A DNA stretch of 64,000 bases, taken from the NCBI GenBank assembly GCA_907165135.1, contig OU015566.1, positions 11,222,001 through 11,286,000 of the forward strand, read 5' to 3'. The position numbers and the translations under genes were made by a program. Source of the stretch: Oikopleura dioica. Its lineage: Eukaryota > Animalia > Chordata. This document shows, piece after piece, positions 51,128-64,000 of this stretch (positions are counted from its first letter, which is position 1; every line of letters starts with the position of its first letter). The notes beneath the pieces are model-generated. The model was not told the DNA's origin. It saw nothing but the letters and a program-made list of their open reading frames with translations, and searched no databases.

Positions 51128-51334
51128 TCACATCATTTTTACTTGAATAAAAATAAACATGTAATAATCTTCGTATTTGAGAATTTTCTTTCATTTTCTT
51201 TCACTGAGCAATTCTAATATGCATGACGTGATGCTGCTTCTCACACATATCCAAGTTATAATTATTCCGCTAAAATATGCTACTGATGGAAAGGGGGTAT
51301 AAAGTCGGCAAAAAACTTTATTTTCTCATAAAAT

Positions 51335-52164
51335 ATGATGTTGAGAGATCTTGTTAAAAACGTCAGTAGCGTCCTCTTATTTGGCCGTAAGCATATATTC
51401 ATTTAATCAGATGGTTGCATAGAAATTCTAGAGGCTGCTTCATATGCCTTTGGCCCTCCACCATCAGCGCTCGACCCCTACCAACCATCAGAATACGTTG
51501 AATATGGTCCCGCTGGGCTAGAGAGTAGGTCTGCTAAGGTAATGCAAGATATGAAAATGAATGATAAGCTCGATCCGACCCAAATGACCGCGTTTTCATC
51601 CCTTATATATTCAAACGATCGTATCATGCTGATGAGGACGATAATTTGGTAATTTGGTTTGCACGAACTTTGAGTATTATTTTTAGGGCATCGACGATCC
51701 TGCAGACCTTCACGACTCTTCTGCCGATCCTCCTTCTATGGTTAGTAATAATATATTAGAAATTCTACTAGAAAATTAATTCAGTGGTCTGAGCTATTCA
51801 ACCATTTCTCCTCAATGAAATCCAAGCGCGGAGCTTCACAGGTAAATTTACAGCTATCATTCCTTGTCCTTTCGGATCTTTACAGATTAACTTTTTCTCA
51901 ACCTTTGCGTAGTATTATTTGCTCCACTTTGGCATGCCCGGCGTAAGCTCCCGCAGGTACAATCGCATTAGAGTTTGAACAGTAAACGCGAAGTTACTAC
52001 TAAAAATTTCTAACCAAATTTAGCATCGGAAAGCCACAGCAGCGAAATTTTGACTTTGCCGTAAGTCCGGACCAAGTGTGGTCCGAAATGGTCAAGGGGC
52101 GGTTAATGCCTTCCTAAAATCAACTTTTCCTTCCTAGAAGTCTCGTCGCTTCTTCGAGTAATCG
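51335..52164 (+). CDS. Small multi-exon gene, candidate neuropeptide precursor
   Basis: Series of short GT-AG exons. One consistent path gives R-VFIPYIF-KR and KR-GASQYYFAPLWHA-RRK. Splicing is ambiguous. Confidence 0.4.
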
Positions 52165-52430
52165 CACGATTACGAAACTTCTTCAGTTTTATTCTTTCTG
52201 ATTTCTTCTTCTTTTTTTATCTCCTCTCTTCTTTTATTTTCCTGCAACTGCTCAGACTTGAATCACAGAAAAATATCATCGCGTTCGTCAAAACTTTTTG
52301 CAACGTTTTTAATGACTTTTATTCATAATTTTTTTGGTGAGGGAAGACTTTTGGATGTTTTTGGCCTTGCACGAAATGATCCAGCCGGGCTGCTAAAGCT
52401 ATTTCATCTGGAAAGAGTTGTTGAAGTCGG

Positions 52431-54353
52431 TTACCTTGAGCATTCGGATTCAGTTAGATGCGAGCCTGGTAGATAGTTCTCGTTGTCTGCGGTCCTTGGT
52501 TCTTCATTGATTCTCACCTCTGTTGTCGAGACATAGCTTTGCTGGACATTCGAACTAGCAACAACGTATCCATCATCATCAAGAGTTATCTTGCTTATGC
52601 TGTGCCCAGAGCTGGTAGTCTCGGATGCATCTTGTTTAAATAATGTATACACGTTTATATTTTTATAACCAAACCTTGAGGATGATAAGATGCACTTATT
52701 TCAGACGGCTCGTAGTTGCTATTAGTTGCTGTTTGAAAGCGTTCTTCTTCCGGAGCGGGATTAATGTAATTGCCATTGTTGATTCCATAAACGAGATGAG
52801 GAGCCTGGCTTTCGGAGAAAAACCTCTGTCTACCATTTTCCATTCGAGTGCCAGAAAACGGATCATTTTCTTCATTAGGTTCACCACCATCGTAATTTTG
52901 ATTCTCTTTTGATGTGATAGTAAAATCTTAGTCATAATTCTGCCAAGGACGGATAAAATTAGTATCGTCCTATTACATTCCTAGAGAGTCAATGAGCATT
53001 TGATTGTGGATTGACCTGGCTGAATGGCCACTGCCACTGCCACTGGAAGAGTATGAACGTCTTTCAGGGGAACTCGTACTTGGCCGGGGCCATGCTTAAT
53101 AATGTCATTTAATTTGAATATTGATGTCAAAGCATTAACTAACCATATGTGCTTCCTGGCCCAATATAAATATTACCTGGTCTTTGAGAGATCGTAGGTA
53201 AAGTGGCTCTACGAGGTCCAAAAATATTAACTAGTTTCTCAATTTCTTCCTTGATTTCGCGGACTTGCTTTGTTTCAAAAATATAGAGCGTTCGGTTTGT
53301 TAGTCCCCATGATTTCAGACCAGCTTTGTATGTTGGCAGTTTGGACGGATTTCTAGCGATGAAGGAGAAGTAGTTTTCTTTTTGAATGGTCATAGATTTA
53401 TTTGTACTTGTATAATTGAATTGCTTACCTTGATAATTGTATTGCCCAGTATGATTGCTTTCAACGCATAATTCGCGGCCTGTTTTTGTCTCGATGAATT
53501 TCATGCACCAGCAGCGCTGTTCTCTTGATAAAATTAAATTCGTCTTCACTTCGACGCAGAACATTTGTCCGAAGCCATCTGTCGACACATCTTCGTCATT
53601 TAGTATCTTCTCTACTTCTGTTGACAGTTCATATTCTTGGGAAGACTTCAATGCTTCCACATAGTATCTGAGCGTTGCTTTAATTTTTTTATTCACCATC
53701 GATGCTCATTCTTAAGAACTCCAATCTAAGAAAAATATTTGCGATTGAAATTTTAATGAAAAACTCTTTGGATTGCTTCGAAAAGTGCAGCGCTTCTTGG
53801 AGCTCCAAAAGCATAAATTGCTCGTGTTTCACAGGCGAAATTCGGGGGTGATATTTCTTCTGGGACTTTAGTTATTATGAGAAGAGTTGTTCCAACAATT
53901 TGTGCTTTTGAAGTATTTCGGACGAGGAAGGTTACTCGGTCATTTCTGGCAGTTTCTATACGAATTCTTGCTCGTTCAATACTGATTGAACACAGTGTTC
54001 TTTGTTGTCTTCTTACTGTCGTTCCGAAAATATCTCGAAAGTCATACCTTCGCTGCATTAATTCATGAGCTAAACAATGCAAAATAAAGGCGCATTTGAA
54101 AATGTGCTTACGAAGATCAGCTGGATTTCTTAGAAGACCAGAAGCGACTTCAAACAAATCATTGTGGTAAGGCTGGGCTATCTCACGCGTGCTGCGTCTT
54201 TCGGAGGATAGACTCTTTCACATGAATTTTTGAGGCGCTCAATAGCGATTCATGATCAGAAACAAGTGAATCTTATCCGCACCTGAGTTTAATAAAGCCA
54301 TAGTAAACTACATCCTGAAATCTTCTATGAAAGTAATCTCTGTCCAAGCTCAT
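52431..54353 (-). CDS. Dok/IRS-like docking protein with two PTB/PH-like domains and a Tyr-motif tail
   Basis: ATG 54353 MSLDRDYF; two beta-rich modules ending YAFGAPRSAALFEAIQ and LYIFETKQVREIKEEI; tail has NYINP, NYEPS, GYVVA and NYLPG. Confidence 0.55.
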
Positions 54354-55300
54354 TTGGGTCCACTAAGTCATACTACGATGTAGCTTCAGGACGTTTATTT
54401 GCCTGAAAAAAGGCAATTACGACTTCATGAAGGTGGGCGGAAGACAATAGACTCTATTTATCGTCAGACTTATGGTATTTTTTCTCTCAGTCACAATAGG
54501 ATTATAGCAGAAGTGTAAAGGTCTCAATTCTGACTCAAAAGAAACTTCATAAAAAAGGGAAAGATCGTTAATACCGTAATTTAAGCCGTAGACTTTAGTT
54601 TATCATTGATAAATCATCAATTAGACTGCAGTACAGTTTGCTCTTGTTAGAAACTCATGATAATACTTTATTTTGTATGGAGGCTGTATCATACAGCACA
54701 GTCTCTTGGTAGCTTGGTCGAAAGGATGAACTTCATCATGAAGGCTGTATGAAGAAAGGTAGAAGACGCGGCGAAAACAGGGTTCCAGGTCGGGGAAAAC
54801 GCGGTGGCACAATCGAAAGTCCATGCGATTGTCCGTTAGATCGCAAAATCTTCGATTGAAACTCGCCGAATATGGGCATGAACTCAACTGAACGGTGTTT
54901 CGATTTATCATAAAATCTAACTAGAGGGCGCAGACCGGTAGGTCGAAACACAAAATTGTCGAAAACAATTCAGTTTAGAGATTCAGTTCTCAGGTAAGCA
55001 CGAGAATATTTTTTTATGAAATTACCGTAAAGCTAAGAAGGTTATTTCTAAAATATTCTTCCTCGATAAATGATGATTAGAAACAAGTTTTAAATACTCA
55101 GTGTTCAAGAAGTCAAGCTATTTTGAAGAAGTAAAGGTTTTTTTGGTCCACGAACTATTTTTATAATCAGTTTTCAACATCAGCATTAATTTCACACGAT
55201 TGATCCACTCATGTTCACTTTTCAAAGCGATACTTTTATTCTGCTGAGAAAGGTCGGCAACAGTCGAGGACAAACGATTTTTCGCTCGAAAAAGGCAGGT

Positions 55301-55402
55301 GCGCGCTCATTGGTTGCATCGATGTGGTGCGCGCTCGCCCATTGGTTCGCGCCCTTTTCGCCATGCCACCGCGCCGCGCAATTACTTGATTTTCGCTCCA
55401 AT
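55301..55402 (+). promoter_or_regulatory. Cell-cycle-type promoter: two ATTGG boxes 32 bp apart plus E2F-like GC motifs
   Basis: ATTGG at 55309 and 55341, each preceded by GCGCGCTC; a third CCAAT at 55398; about 200 nt before the KIF11 ATG. Confidence 0.55.
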
Positions 55403-55559
55403 TTATTTTTCGCGATTATTACACCTTCAATAGAGAACATAACCTTGGATCAGAGAAAAAACCGTACATTACTTTTCATTTTTATAAATAAGAAATCTCT
55501 TGAATAAGTATTTTTTTCTAGACTCCTTTCGAAAATCGGAAAAGTTTTGGCGATAATTG

Positions 55560-58500
55560 ATGAAAAAGCCGCTCAAAGAATTCGCGCAGTCTTCTGAGGA
55601 GTACTGTCTCTCGCCTGCTTCCAAAAAGAAAATGACTAAAAATGACAAGGAGCAGCGAATGGAGAAAATCAAGGTAAAATATTCTTTCTTACATTTTCAT
55701 AAATTTCAACTTCTAGGTCTGCGTACGATGCAGGCCGATGAACAAAAAGAGACCACGGAAAAGGCGCGAAGATGCGTCGATGTCTCGGAGAAAACTGGCG
55801 AAGTTAGGATCAATAAGAAAAGCTACACTTTCGACAAAGGTATTCCTCGATTATCTTCCTTGATTTCAACATGTTTTTTAGTATTCGGTCCTAACTCAAG
55901 CCAAGTCGCTGTCTACAAAGAGGTCGTTGTACCAATCGTCAAGGAAGTCCTCGGCGGTTATTCCTGTACCATCTTCGCTTACGGCCAGACTGGAACAGGA
56001 AAAACGTACACGATGGAGGGAGAGAAAAGCTCCGGGAGCGAGTTTTCGTGGGAAAACGATCCTCATTCTGGCATCATTCCGAGAACGATGAACCACATTT
56101 TTGACGAGCTGAACTCTGGCGACTTCTCGGAATACGCCGTTCATGTGAGGTAAGAATGAGCAGCCAAAGGAACCTTCAAAATTTATGATTCATTTTTAGT
56201 CTCATCGAAATCTACAACGAGGAAATCTTCGATCTTCTCTCTGTCCGCCAAGACATCGAGAAGCTCAAGATGTTCGACGACCCAGATACGAAAGGAGCTG
56301 TGAAGATCAAGGGCGTCGAAGAAGTTGCGGTTTCCAACAAAGATGAGATCTACGCTATCATGGAGCGCGGATCGCAGAAGAGGAAAGTCGCAGCGACGAT
56401 GATGAACGCACACTCATCGCGATCACACTGCGTCTTTCAGATTCAAATGAGCATGAAGGTGAAAGGCGAGGAATCGGATGGCATCGGCGAGGAGTACATT
56501 CGACAGGGAAAACTCTACCTGGTCGACTTGGCCGGAAGCGAGAATGTTGGGCGATCAGGAGCGCAGAATCAGCGAGCCAGAGAAGCGGGTAACATCAACC
56601 AGAGCTTGCTTGCCCTTGGGCGAGTTATTACTGGCCTGGTTGAGAGATCACCGCACATCCCTTACAGGTAAATCTCTTCCACTCTCCATCGCCTCATCCT
56701 TTCTTTTAGAGAGTCGAAGCTAACTCGACTTCTGCAAGACTCGCTCGGTGGATCAACCAAAACCTGCATCATTTCTACTATCTCGCCGGCCAGCACTTCT
56801 CAGGAAGAAACCCTCTCAACCCTCGATTACTCCGCTAGGTAAACAATCCCTTCAATAGTTCCGAATCAAACTCTTTCTTCAGAGCAAAGAAGATCTCCAA
56901 CAAGCCACAGATCAACCAAGTGATCACAAAGCGAGCTTTGATTGAAAAGTATGTCAATCAAATCGAAGCGCTCAAGGCAGATCTTGCCGCTTCTCAGCAG
57001 AAAAATGGCGTTTACATGGACCCATCTGAGTATGAGAAAATGAAGGAGGAGTTGGAAGCGCTGAATCTTGAGAAAGAACAGAGGCTTGTCAAAGACGCGC
57101 AAATTGAGGAAGAGATGCAAAAGTTGAGAAACGAGATCGACGAACGAATTCAGAAAAACGAAGGTGAATATTGTCTATATTTTCCAAATCATGAACGTAT
57201 TTTCTAGAGCTGAAAACGAAGTACAAGTCCGTGAAGGCCGATCTGCACAAAACCGATTTCCTGAAAGGCGAGCAGCTCAAAGCCAATCTCAAGCAGTATC
57301 ACCGAACAAAAGACCTCTGTACCGATCTCGACAAAAATGAGGGCGATATCGTCGAGCTCCAGCGCGCGCTTGGTTCTTCCAAACAAGTGATCGAGAAAAA
57401 CGCGTCATCGATCGCGAGATTTAGAGAGGACGAGCTTCCAGAATGCAGAAAGCGATCGGATCTCGTCCAGAAGAGCAACGATGCGACTGAGTCTCTAGTG
57501 GAGAAAGTCACGGCGAATGTCGATCGAGTGCGAAATTGCGGAGCGACATTGAAGGAAGAGTTGGACACGCATGCCAGCGTTTCGCGAAAAGGATTCGAAG
57601 ACCTCACCGCAGGTGTGAACGAACTCCTTGTCAGCTTCAAGTCAAATACAGAAGAACGCGTTGGCGAAGTCGAAAGCACCTCCGAGCGTCTTCTGAAAAA
57701 ACTTGTCGAGAGTCTTGAGGATTTCAAGCAATCGCATGACAAGTCGATCCAAAAGGTGCAGACGCTTACGACCTCTGTCCGCAGTTCTGTTGAGTCACTA
57801 AACGGCGAGGTTCTCGAGTCACTCTCTTCCATCCAGCCAGAGATGGAAAATGCGATTTCTGCGAGCGAAGAATCAACGAAGATCCTTCGCGAAACAGAGA
57901 AAAAGATGAAGGAGACATTTGAAGCGATGATGAGCCAGATGTCCCAGTGCCTTTCTTCGAAGAGCTCTGCCGACGAAAAGCTCCAGAACGCGGCAAATTC
58001 CGTCTCCAAATCTGTCGAAAGCGCGAAAGCGACACTCGAGAGCAAGACTGGGGACATAAAGAACTCACTTTCGGAATCAAAGAAGACTTTGATCGATGTC
58101 AACCGACAAACGAGTGCTTGCGTTGAGACTTACAGCGACAAAACGCAAGAATACTCGGAATCGCTCAAGGGCACTCTTGACAAGATTACTCGAGATGCGA
58201 CTTGCCACGAGAAGAATTTGAATTCGCGAGTGACAACAGCGACCGCGACATGGACCAGCAAATTGGAGAAACACCAACAAGGGCAGAAAGAAAAGCTCTC
58301 AGAAATCGACGACGAAGTTGGAAATCTCTTGTCCGAAGGAAAGTCGTTCGCGACTGCTCAAAACTCTCTTCTGGAGGTAAGCTCTTTCCCCTTTTCATCC
58401 TTAAAAAAACTTACTTTAGGAAATCGACGCTTCAAACAAATCCACTGAAGGCGCCCTCACTTCCCTCTCATTGGTAGAATACAACGAGAGCGGAGAAACT

Positions 58501-59015
58501 CCAGCAAAACGCGATCGACGATCTCTTCAGAAGCCTCTGACCATCATGAACGAATCGCAGATTCTTAGCGAGTACGAGCAGCCGTCCTTCAACACAACAA
58601 TCGACGAAGAAGATCTTCCGGTAGCTGACTTGATCATAAAACTGATTTTTATAATTGATTTCAGCAGGAGGAAAGTCTTCAGACAGAACCAGAAGAAGAG
58701 CTTGACTCCGAAAACATCTTCGAGGACTCAATGGCCTTCGAATGCCGACAGGACGTAAATTCTGCTCCTATGTTTGGGGTAAGTCATTTTTTACCTTTTT
58801 GCATCTAAATCGAATTCAAAGGAATCGAAAAAGACGCGTTCCAAAAAGCGCAAGGTTCCCAACTCTCCTCTCGTCGAGCCTGCTGGAAAACGAGTGTCTG
58901 ATGAACACATCCAGGCAAAGAAAGTCGGCCCCTCTAAGCTTCCAAGGGTAAAATAAGTCTTAATGAATACTGTAATTATCTTTCATTGTAGCCAGCGCTC
59001 AACGAGAAGAATTGA
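55560..59015 (+). CDS. KIF11: Kinesin-5 (Eg5/BimC)
   Basis: [46 protein letters not shown]...[29 protein letters not shown] and a BimC-box-like SGETPAKR. Confidence 0.96.
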
Positions 59016-59159
59016 GTAACTATAGACTGCTCAACTTCCTCACATTCCTCACCAAAAATCACAGCCCAACACTTTCACATTCCCTGTATATTTCACACTA
59101 TTCTAAACAAAGCTATGACTTCACCATTTCCAAATCTTACCAATGTTAAACATTTAAGA

Positions 59160-59692
59160 ATGGCAACAACGGAGTCTATCGCTAATAAAGACTATTTCAT
59201 GAAAAAGTGCCGAGTACATGCGGCGATCAAAAAAAAGCTTTCCGAAAAACACCCCGAGGTAAATCGTCAATGAAAACATAAACGATTAACTTGCCGTTCT
59301 AGTTCAATACCGATGAGATGTTCACCGACGAATCAATCGCAAAAGTAACCGAAAAGATGACCGGCGAAAACTTGAAACTCCTCGAAGCGCACAACTTTGA
59401 GGAAGAGCTTCAGAAAATTCAAGAGATCAAGCAGAACGCACCTAGTGGCTCTGGTTCTGATTGGAAGCCTTCTTTCGTCCCTGCGATCGACAACGAAGCA
59501 AAGATTGTTATTTCCAAGCAAAGCTTGTTGGAAAAGATCACAGCGGAGGTAGAGAACATTTCTACGAAGCAAGAATTAATCTTCCTCTTTTAGTACGAAG
59601 CAGTCAAGAACAAAAATAGCATCAACGAGACTCTGCTCGCGAACAAGAAGACCTCCCTCGATGCGAAAGTGAAGAAGCTCAACTCACTTTGA
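59160..59692 (+). CDS. PMF1: PMF1/Nnf1-like MIS12 kinetochore complex subunit
   Basis: Helical protein with EELQKIQEI...WKPSFVPAID matching the PMF1 WRPSGIPEKD motif, then a C-terminal coiled coil. Confidence 0.7.
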
Positions 59693-59888
59693 CAGCATAA
59701 GTCACTGCCATTTATCACAGTTATCACATGTAAAATAAAATATTTAAAAAAATATACACACAAGTAGGACTTTTCGATAACGTCAGCTTTATCTAAAAGG
59801 GAAAACTAAAGTCGAAGTAGCAGGGATTTTACGACTCGTTAATTTCTCGGATAAACTCAATTTTAGCAGGTCATTCACAAGCCATCGC

Positions 59889-62671
59889 ATGACCATGAAG
59901 TATTTTTTCCTCGGTTTCGCCATTTTGAAGATTTCGTTTTCCTCCGACAATGCTCTCTTTGACTCGTTGTTTCCTGAGAACTTTTATAATGACAATTTTC
60001 ACTTGGCAACGACTGTGAAAGCAGAAAGGCTGGAAATCATTGACAAGATTGCAGAGAGCATCAGAGAAAAAATGAATAAATCTATTGACTCGAGTTCAAA
60101 ATGAGCCATTTTAAAATGACTATTGAAGACGTTGGCATATTAAAAAATTTGGAACTCCTGTAAGAGGCGGTAGAGGACATAAAAGCTGCTTATATTCTTG
60201 ATCATGAAGAGTACTCAAAAGCGAAAGAGAGTGAGAAGCCAAATTATGTTAAATGGATAAGCTCCTGCATCCACTCTGGCGATCAGAAAAGGTCCGAATT
60301 CGAGATAGAGTTTCCAAGAGAGTCGGATTGTGAGAACTTGGACGAAGAGTAAGTTGAATCGTTTGAGAGCAATTGTTATTACAATTAAGGGACGTGAAAA
60401 AACTCTCGAATATATTTGTCCGAGTATCGAAGGATGCTACTCGTCCTTTTGAGTACTCGACCCAATATCTGCCGGTTATCTGTCGAAATGGAAAAGTTCA
60501 CTCTCATTTTTTAAACGCGCTTGAAGAATATCAGATTAAACTTGGGGATGATATAACTGCCATGTACTTTGGCCATTTAGGGACGTTGATACTGTTGAAT
60601 TTTCGACCAACTTGTTGTTGGTTTTTCTATTTTAGTATCGATTTAAAAGACGGATTTCATTTCAGCTTTCCGGCTCGGACTTTTGCCGGCCCATGTGACA
60701 GCTACGACTCAAGAAAACGCCCATGGTTTAACAACGCGCAAATTTCTTTGTCTTCTAATGATCCGTATTACATACGATTTCCCGATAATTTCAGCGGCCA
60801 TTCATTTTACGGGTACCGTGGATCGAAGATAATGAGCTTCTTTACTGACAGTTTTTCCCTTTATCGAAAGAATGTAAAATTGGCCGATGAAAAAGACAAG
60901 GCGAATGCGTCCTTTGAAATCGACGGAGGTAACCTTTTCCTAGCCAGTAACGAAGAGCTGGATTGGGATTTTTATAGCAGAATCGAAGAGCTACACACTC
61001 TTGGTGCAGTTGCTTTCCACTTAGCGAATTCACTTGTCTTTGATATTGGTTCAACATCGAAACCACGACTGTCTACTCAATATGTTGATGCTTCAGCATG
61101 GGGCGAACTTGTTACAGTGTCTTCTGTTGTAGAAGGAAACGGTAGGAAATATGGAGTGCTTGGAATTGATCTTACCTTTTTGACACCAATGACCAAATTG
61201 AACAATCCGCTATTTGAAAATATCTTTGGAGGCGCATTCAAATCAGAAGTCTTTTTCCTTGACCAGCTGGGACAAGTTATTTATCATCCTAGAATTGGAG
61301 GCCCGGAATTTCCTAGAACTTGGAATCGAGAAAAAGTTTCTTATAAAGAAATCCATTCAAAGTTTTACAGCGATTTATATGAAACAGAATTTATTGACGA
61401 CATCGAAGAGATTCTTCTGAACTTTGAAAATAAGCCTGAAAAGACTGTGAGGAGAAAAGAAAGCTATGAAATTCATGTGCTCCTAGACAAATCACCTGGA
61501 CTCATTATGATTGTTCAGTTTCTAAACGACGAGAAAGAAGAGATTCGAAATCTTACCGCTGACATCGAAGATGGATTCATAGGGGTTGAGACGGTCAAGA
61601 AACCGACTGATTGTACAATATTCCTTGGCTACGCTGTATGCTACGAAAATGTCGATTTCCCAATTATTCTTCTCGATGCCGTGAACGAAACAATCAGATT
61701 TGGTAGTAATCCGGACTTCTCTCAAAATAGGAATTCTGCAGACAGCGGCAATTTCAATATTTTAAGTGGCGGGAAAGATGCATACAATAAAAATTTGAAA
61801 ACGCCTAGTTTTGCTATCGAAGATTCAAGAGAACTTCTTCTGCAGCCAACAAGGCTCACGAAGAATGCAAAGCGAGATCTGTCAATATTCAAGGACCTTC
61901 CTAGTATAATGAAAACAAAGTTTGGTAATTATTCTGAGAAAGAAAATATCCTCCGTATCTTCGCGTCGACGGCCACTGGTCTTTTCTATTCATACCCTCA
62001 CTGGAACATCAACCCTGATTACTATGCTGGTGGCGAGGATTGGGTGAAGAATGCGACACTTGATTCTGTATTTACAGAAGAACTCTTCAATCGCTCCGTA
62101 AGAAGAATGTCTCGAGCGTTTTCTGGCAAAGATTCGAAAGGCGTCCGAATCGTTATTGGGATAGACGTGGTTCTTTCAATCGAGAATATTTATAAATTGT
62201 CTGAATCTGAATATGCTTCAACGACATATTTGAACAGCACCCAACAGCTTTGCTTGGGACAAACTTGCGACTGTCTAAATTACCAAAACCTTGAATTGCC
62301 ACCTTTTATAACAAAATGTGGCAAAATTCAAGATCAAAATGAATGCGAGAAAAATATCTTTTGCGATTTTGCAGGAAAATGTCAAATAAAGAAGAGATTT
62401 GTTAAAAATCGTGATTTCTTCAATTCCCGATGTGAAACGGTAAGTTACGATTCCATTTAATAAGCTGAAGACTTTTTAGAGTTCATATGGAACCTGGATG
62501 GCTGGTCTTATTCCTTTGGCGATTTCAATTCTTCTTATTTGTTCAGCGAGTTTTCTGATAACCCGACATCATAAAAATGAGCGGATAAAGATGAAGCAAA
62601 TGAAGGACTTGCCTATTCCTGAGAAACAACCTTTCACTGAGAGAATCAGCAAATTATTTCAAATAAAGTGA
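59889..62671 (+). CDS. alpha2delta/CACHD1-like Cache-domain membrane protein lacking a recognisable VWA domain
   Basis: Signal peptide; YDSRKRPWF; QYVDASAWGELVTVS...GVLGIDL; FFLDQLGQVIYHP; IFASTATGLFYSYP; Cys-rich region; TM GLIPLAISILLICSASFLI. Confidence 0.75.
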
Positions 62672-62743
62672 ATTTCACCACTGAAAAATTAACAGAAGAA
62701 TATCTTGGTATCGTATCATGTGACCAAAACTTACGGAATTATT

Positions 62744-63259
62744 ATGTTGAATAAATTATCGTCTCTGCTCGTAAACATGATCATTAAAATGACAGATTTC
62801 TTCGTTAGAATTGTGGGAAGATCATTATTATTTTTTAAGCAAAGAAATCCCTTCTGAAAACCGCACGATTCCAAAAGATCCAACTAGAGATAAAAAATTC
62901 TGTTCCTCAAGGTCACCGATAGTTCATCTCGAGTTTTACGCTCCATTTCTGGGAATGGATTGCGATCTGACAAGATATAAAAGCTTTCTCGTTGCGAAAT
63001 CGAGGCATAACTGTATTTTTAGGTTCCAAAAATGGATATTCAGCGACCTTTTCAAGATTCAACCAAGAGAATATTTTTTAGCGAAAAGATTCATAAACAA
63101 AAATTGCTCGCGCTGCCAAAAGAATACTTTTCAGATTCTTTTCGCAGTAGAGCTCGTTCTGGATTGTTTTTATATTAGAATTTTGATTTAACAGAGAACT
63201 CACTTATAGCAACTACAACGACGACTACGACAACAACTACCACAACGACAACTTCCACT

Positions 63260-63293
<34 letters not shown>

Positions 63294-64000
63294 CGACGAC
63301 GACGACGACGACGACCACTACCACCACCACTACCACCACGACTACCACCACCACCACGACTACCACGACCACCACGACCAGGACAACGACGACCACAACG
63401 ACGACCTCTTCGAGAACCTCCACCACAACAACTTCAGTAACATCACCAACTCCATCTTGCCTAACATCAACTGATTTCAACGATGTGTCAGTTTGGGAAA
63501 TCTCAAACGATTTTGACATTCAAGTTCCAGAATCTGTCTACCAATTCGACCATTCTGGCTTTTCCGGTAATGCAGAAGACTGTCAGAGAATGTGTGCAAA
63601 TACAGCTGGCTGCTACAAGGCAAGGGGAAAATTTCAACATAATTCTTGAAAAAAGAGATAAATGTTTCCCCAAAAAAGCTAAACTTTGATTCATCGAGCA
63701 CAACATGCACCCTTCTTGGCAATGCTGCTACGGGATACCTTTCTTCTTCAGCTTTCGCATTGAATGGGATTGACTGCAGTGGGTCATCTTACTCTTGGAC
63801 CGACTACAAAGTCTCTATCGGCGTAAGCGTTCTTTTTGGAACATCAGACTCTCCCGCCGACTTACTTGCGCGCTTGAAACAAAACAACAACTTCTCCTGG
63901 ACTTCCAAGAACGGGGTCACAGATGTTCCCGATTTGATTTACTCGATGTCAGTTTTCTTCGAGCCAGTCATCACTCAGAATACAGCCGGTCTTACAACTC
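62744..64000 (+). CDS. Mucin-like protein with a poly-Thr stalk and PAN/apple domain (3' partial)
   Basis: After acceptor TTTAACAG (63193) the + frame reads a long Thr tract, then CQRMCANTAGC...TTCTLL, and stays open to the window end. 5' exons uncertain. Confidence 0.6.
63212..63435 (+). repeat. (ACN)n trinucleotide tract encoding about 75 mostly Thr codons
   Basis: Blocks of ACA, ACG and ACC/ACT triplets; third-position variation indicates a coding tract. Confidence 0.9.

Noticed and set aside
54621-54911. 96-aa Cys-containing minus-strand ORF
   Set aside because: No motif or splice support; may be UTR or promoter sequence.
57299-58102. 267-aa Ser-rich minus-strand ORF
   Set aside because: Antisense shadow of the KIF11 coiled-coil exon.
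63175-63519. Poly-Val ORF on the minus strand
   Set aside because: Antisense shadow of the plus-strand poly-Thr tract.

Overview
Gene-dense eukaryotic (animal) DNA, not prokaryotic: about 27 spliced genes with mostly 40-70 nt introns, several GA-AG introns, and tight co-directional gene runs. This pattern best fits the larvacean tunicate Oikopleura (inference). The window starts with the decayed 3' end of an LTR retrotransposon. Recognisable genes are AMD1, ADA, a GPR119-like GPCR, an SLC17 transporter, TRA2, MED8, an O-fucosyltransferase, a laminin-alpha-like protein, UCHL5, EXOSC8, MAU2, an SP-RING protein, a homocysteine S-methyltransferase, a TRIM13/59-like protein, a QSOX-derived Erv protein, FKBP14/7, a Dok-like adaptor, KIF11, PMF1, an alpha2delta/CACHD1-like protein and a PAN/mucin protein, plus tRNA-Lys(CTT) and tRNA-Gln(TTG). 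The most striking signal is three different CAGGG-ended MITEs with 7-8 bp target-site duplications sitting inside coding exons (MED8, laminin-like, HMT). In each, splice signals in the TIR or TSD would allow in-frame removal (GG/GC donor, AG acceptor), making them candidate introner elements that exploit relaxed 5' splice-site recognition. Also found: a 3-exon antisense gene nested in UCHL5 intron 1 (missed by the ORF track), three further MITEs, and several proteins with unusual architectures. All exon structures and family calls come from manual reading and remembered protein families; no searches were run.
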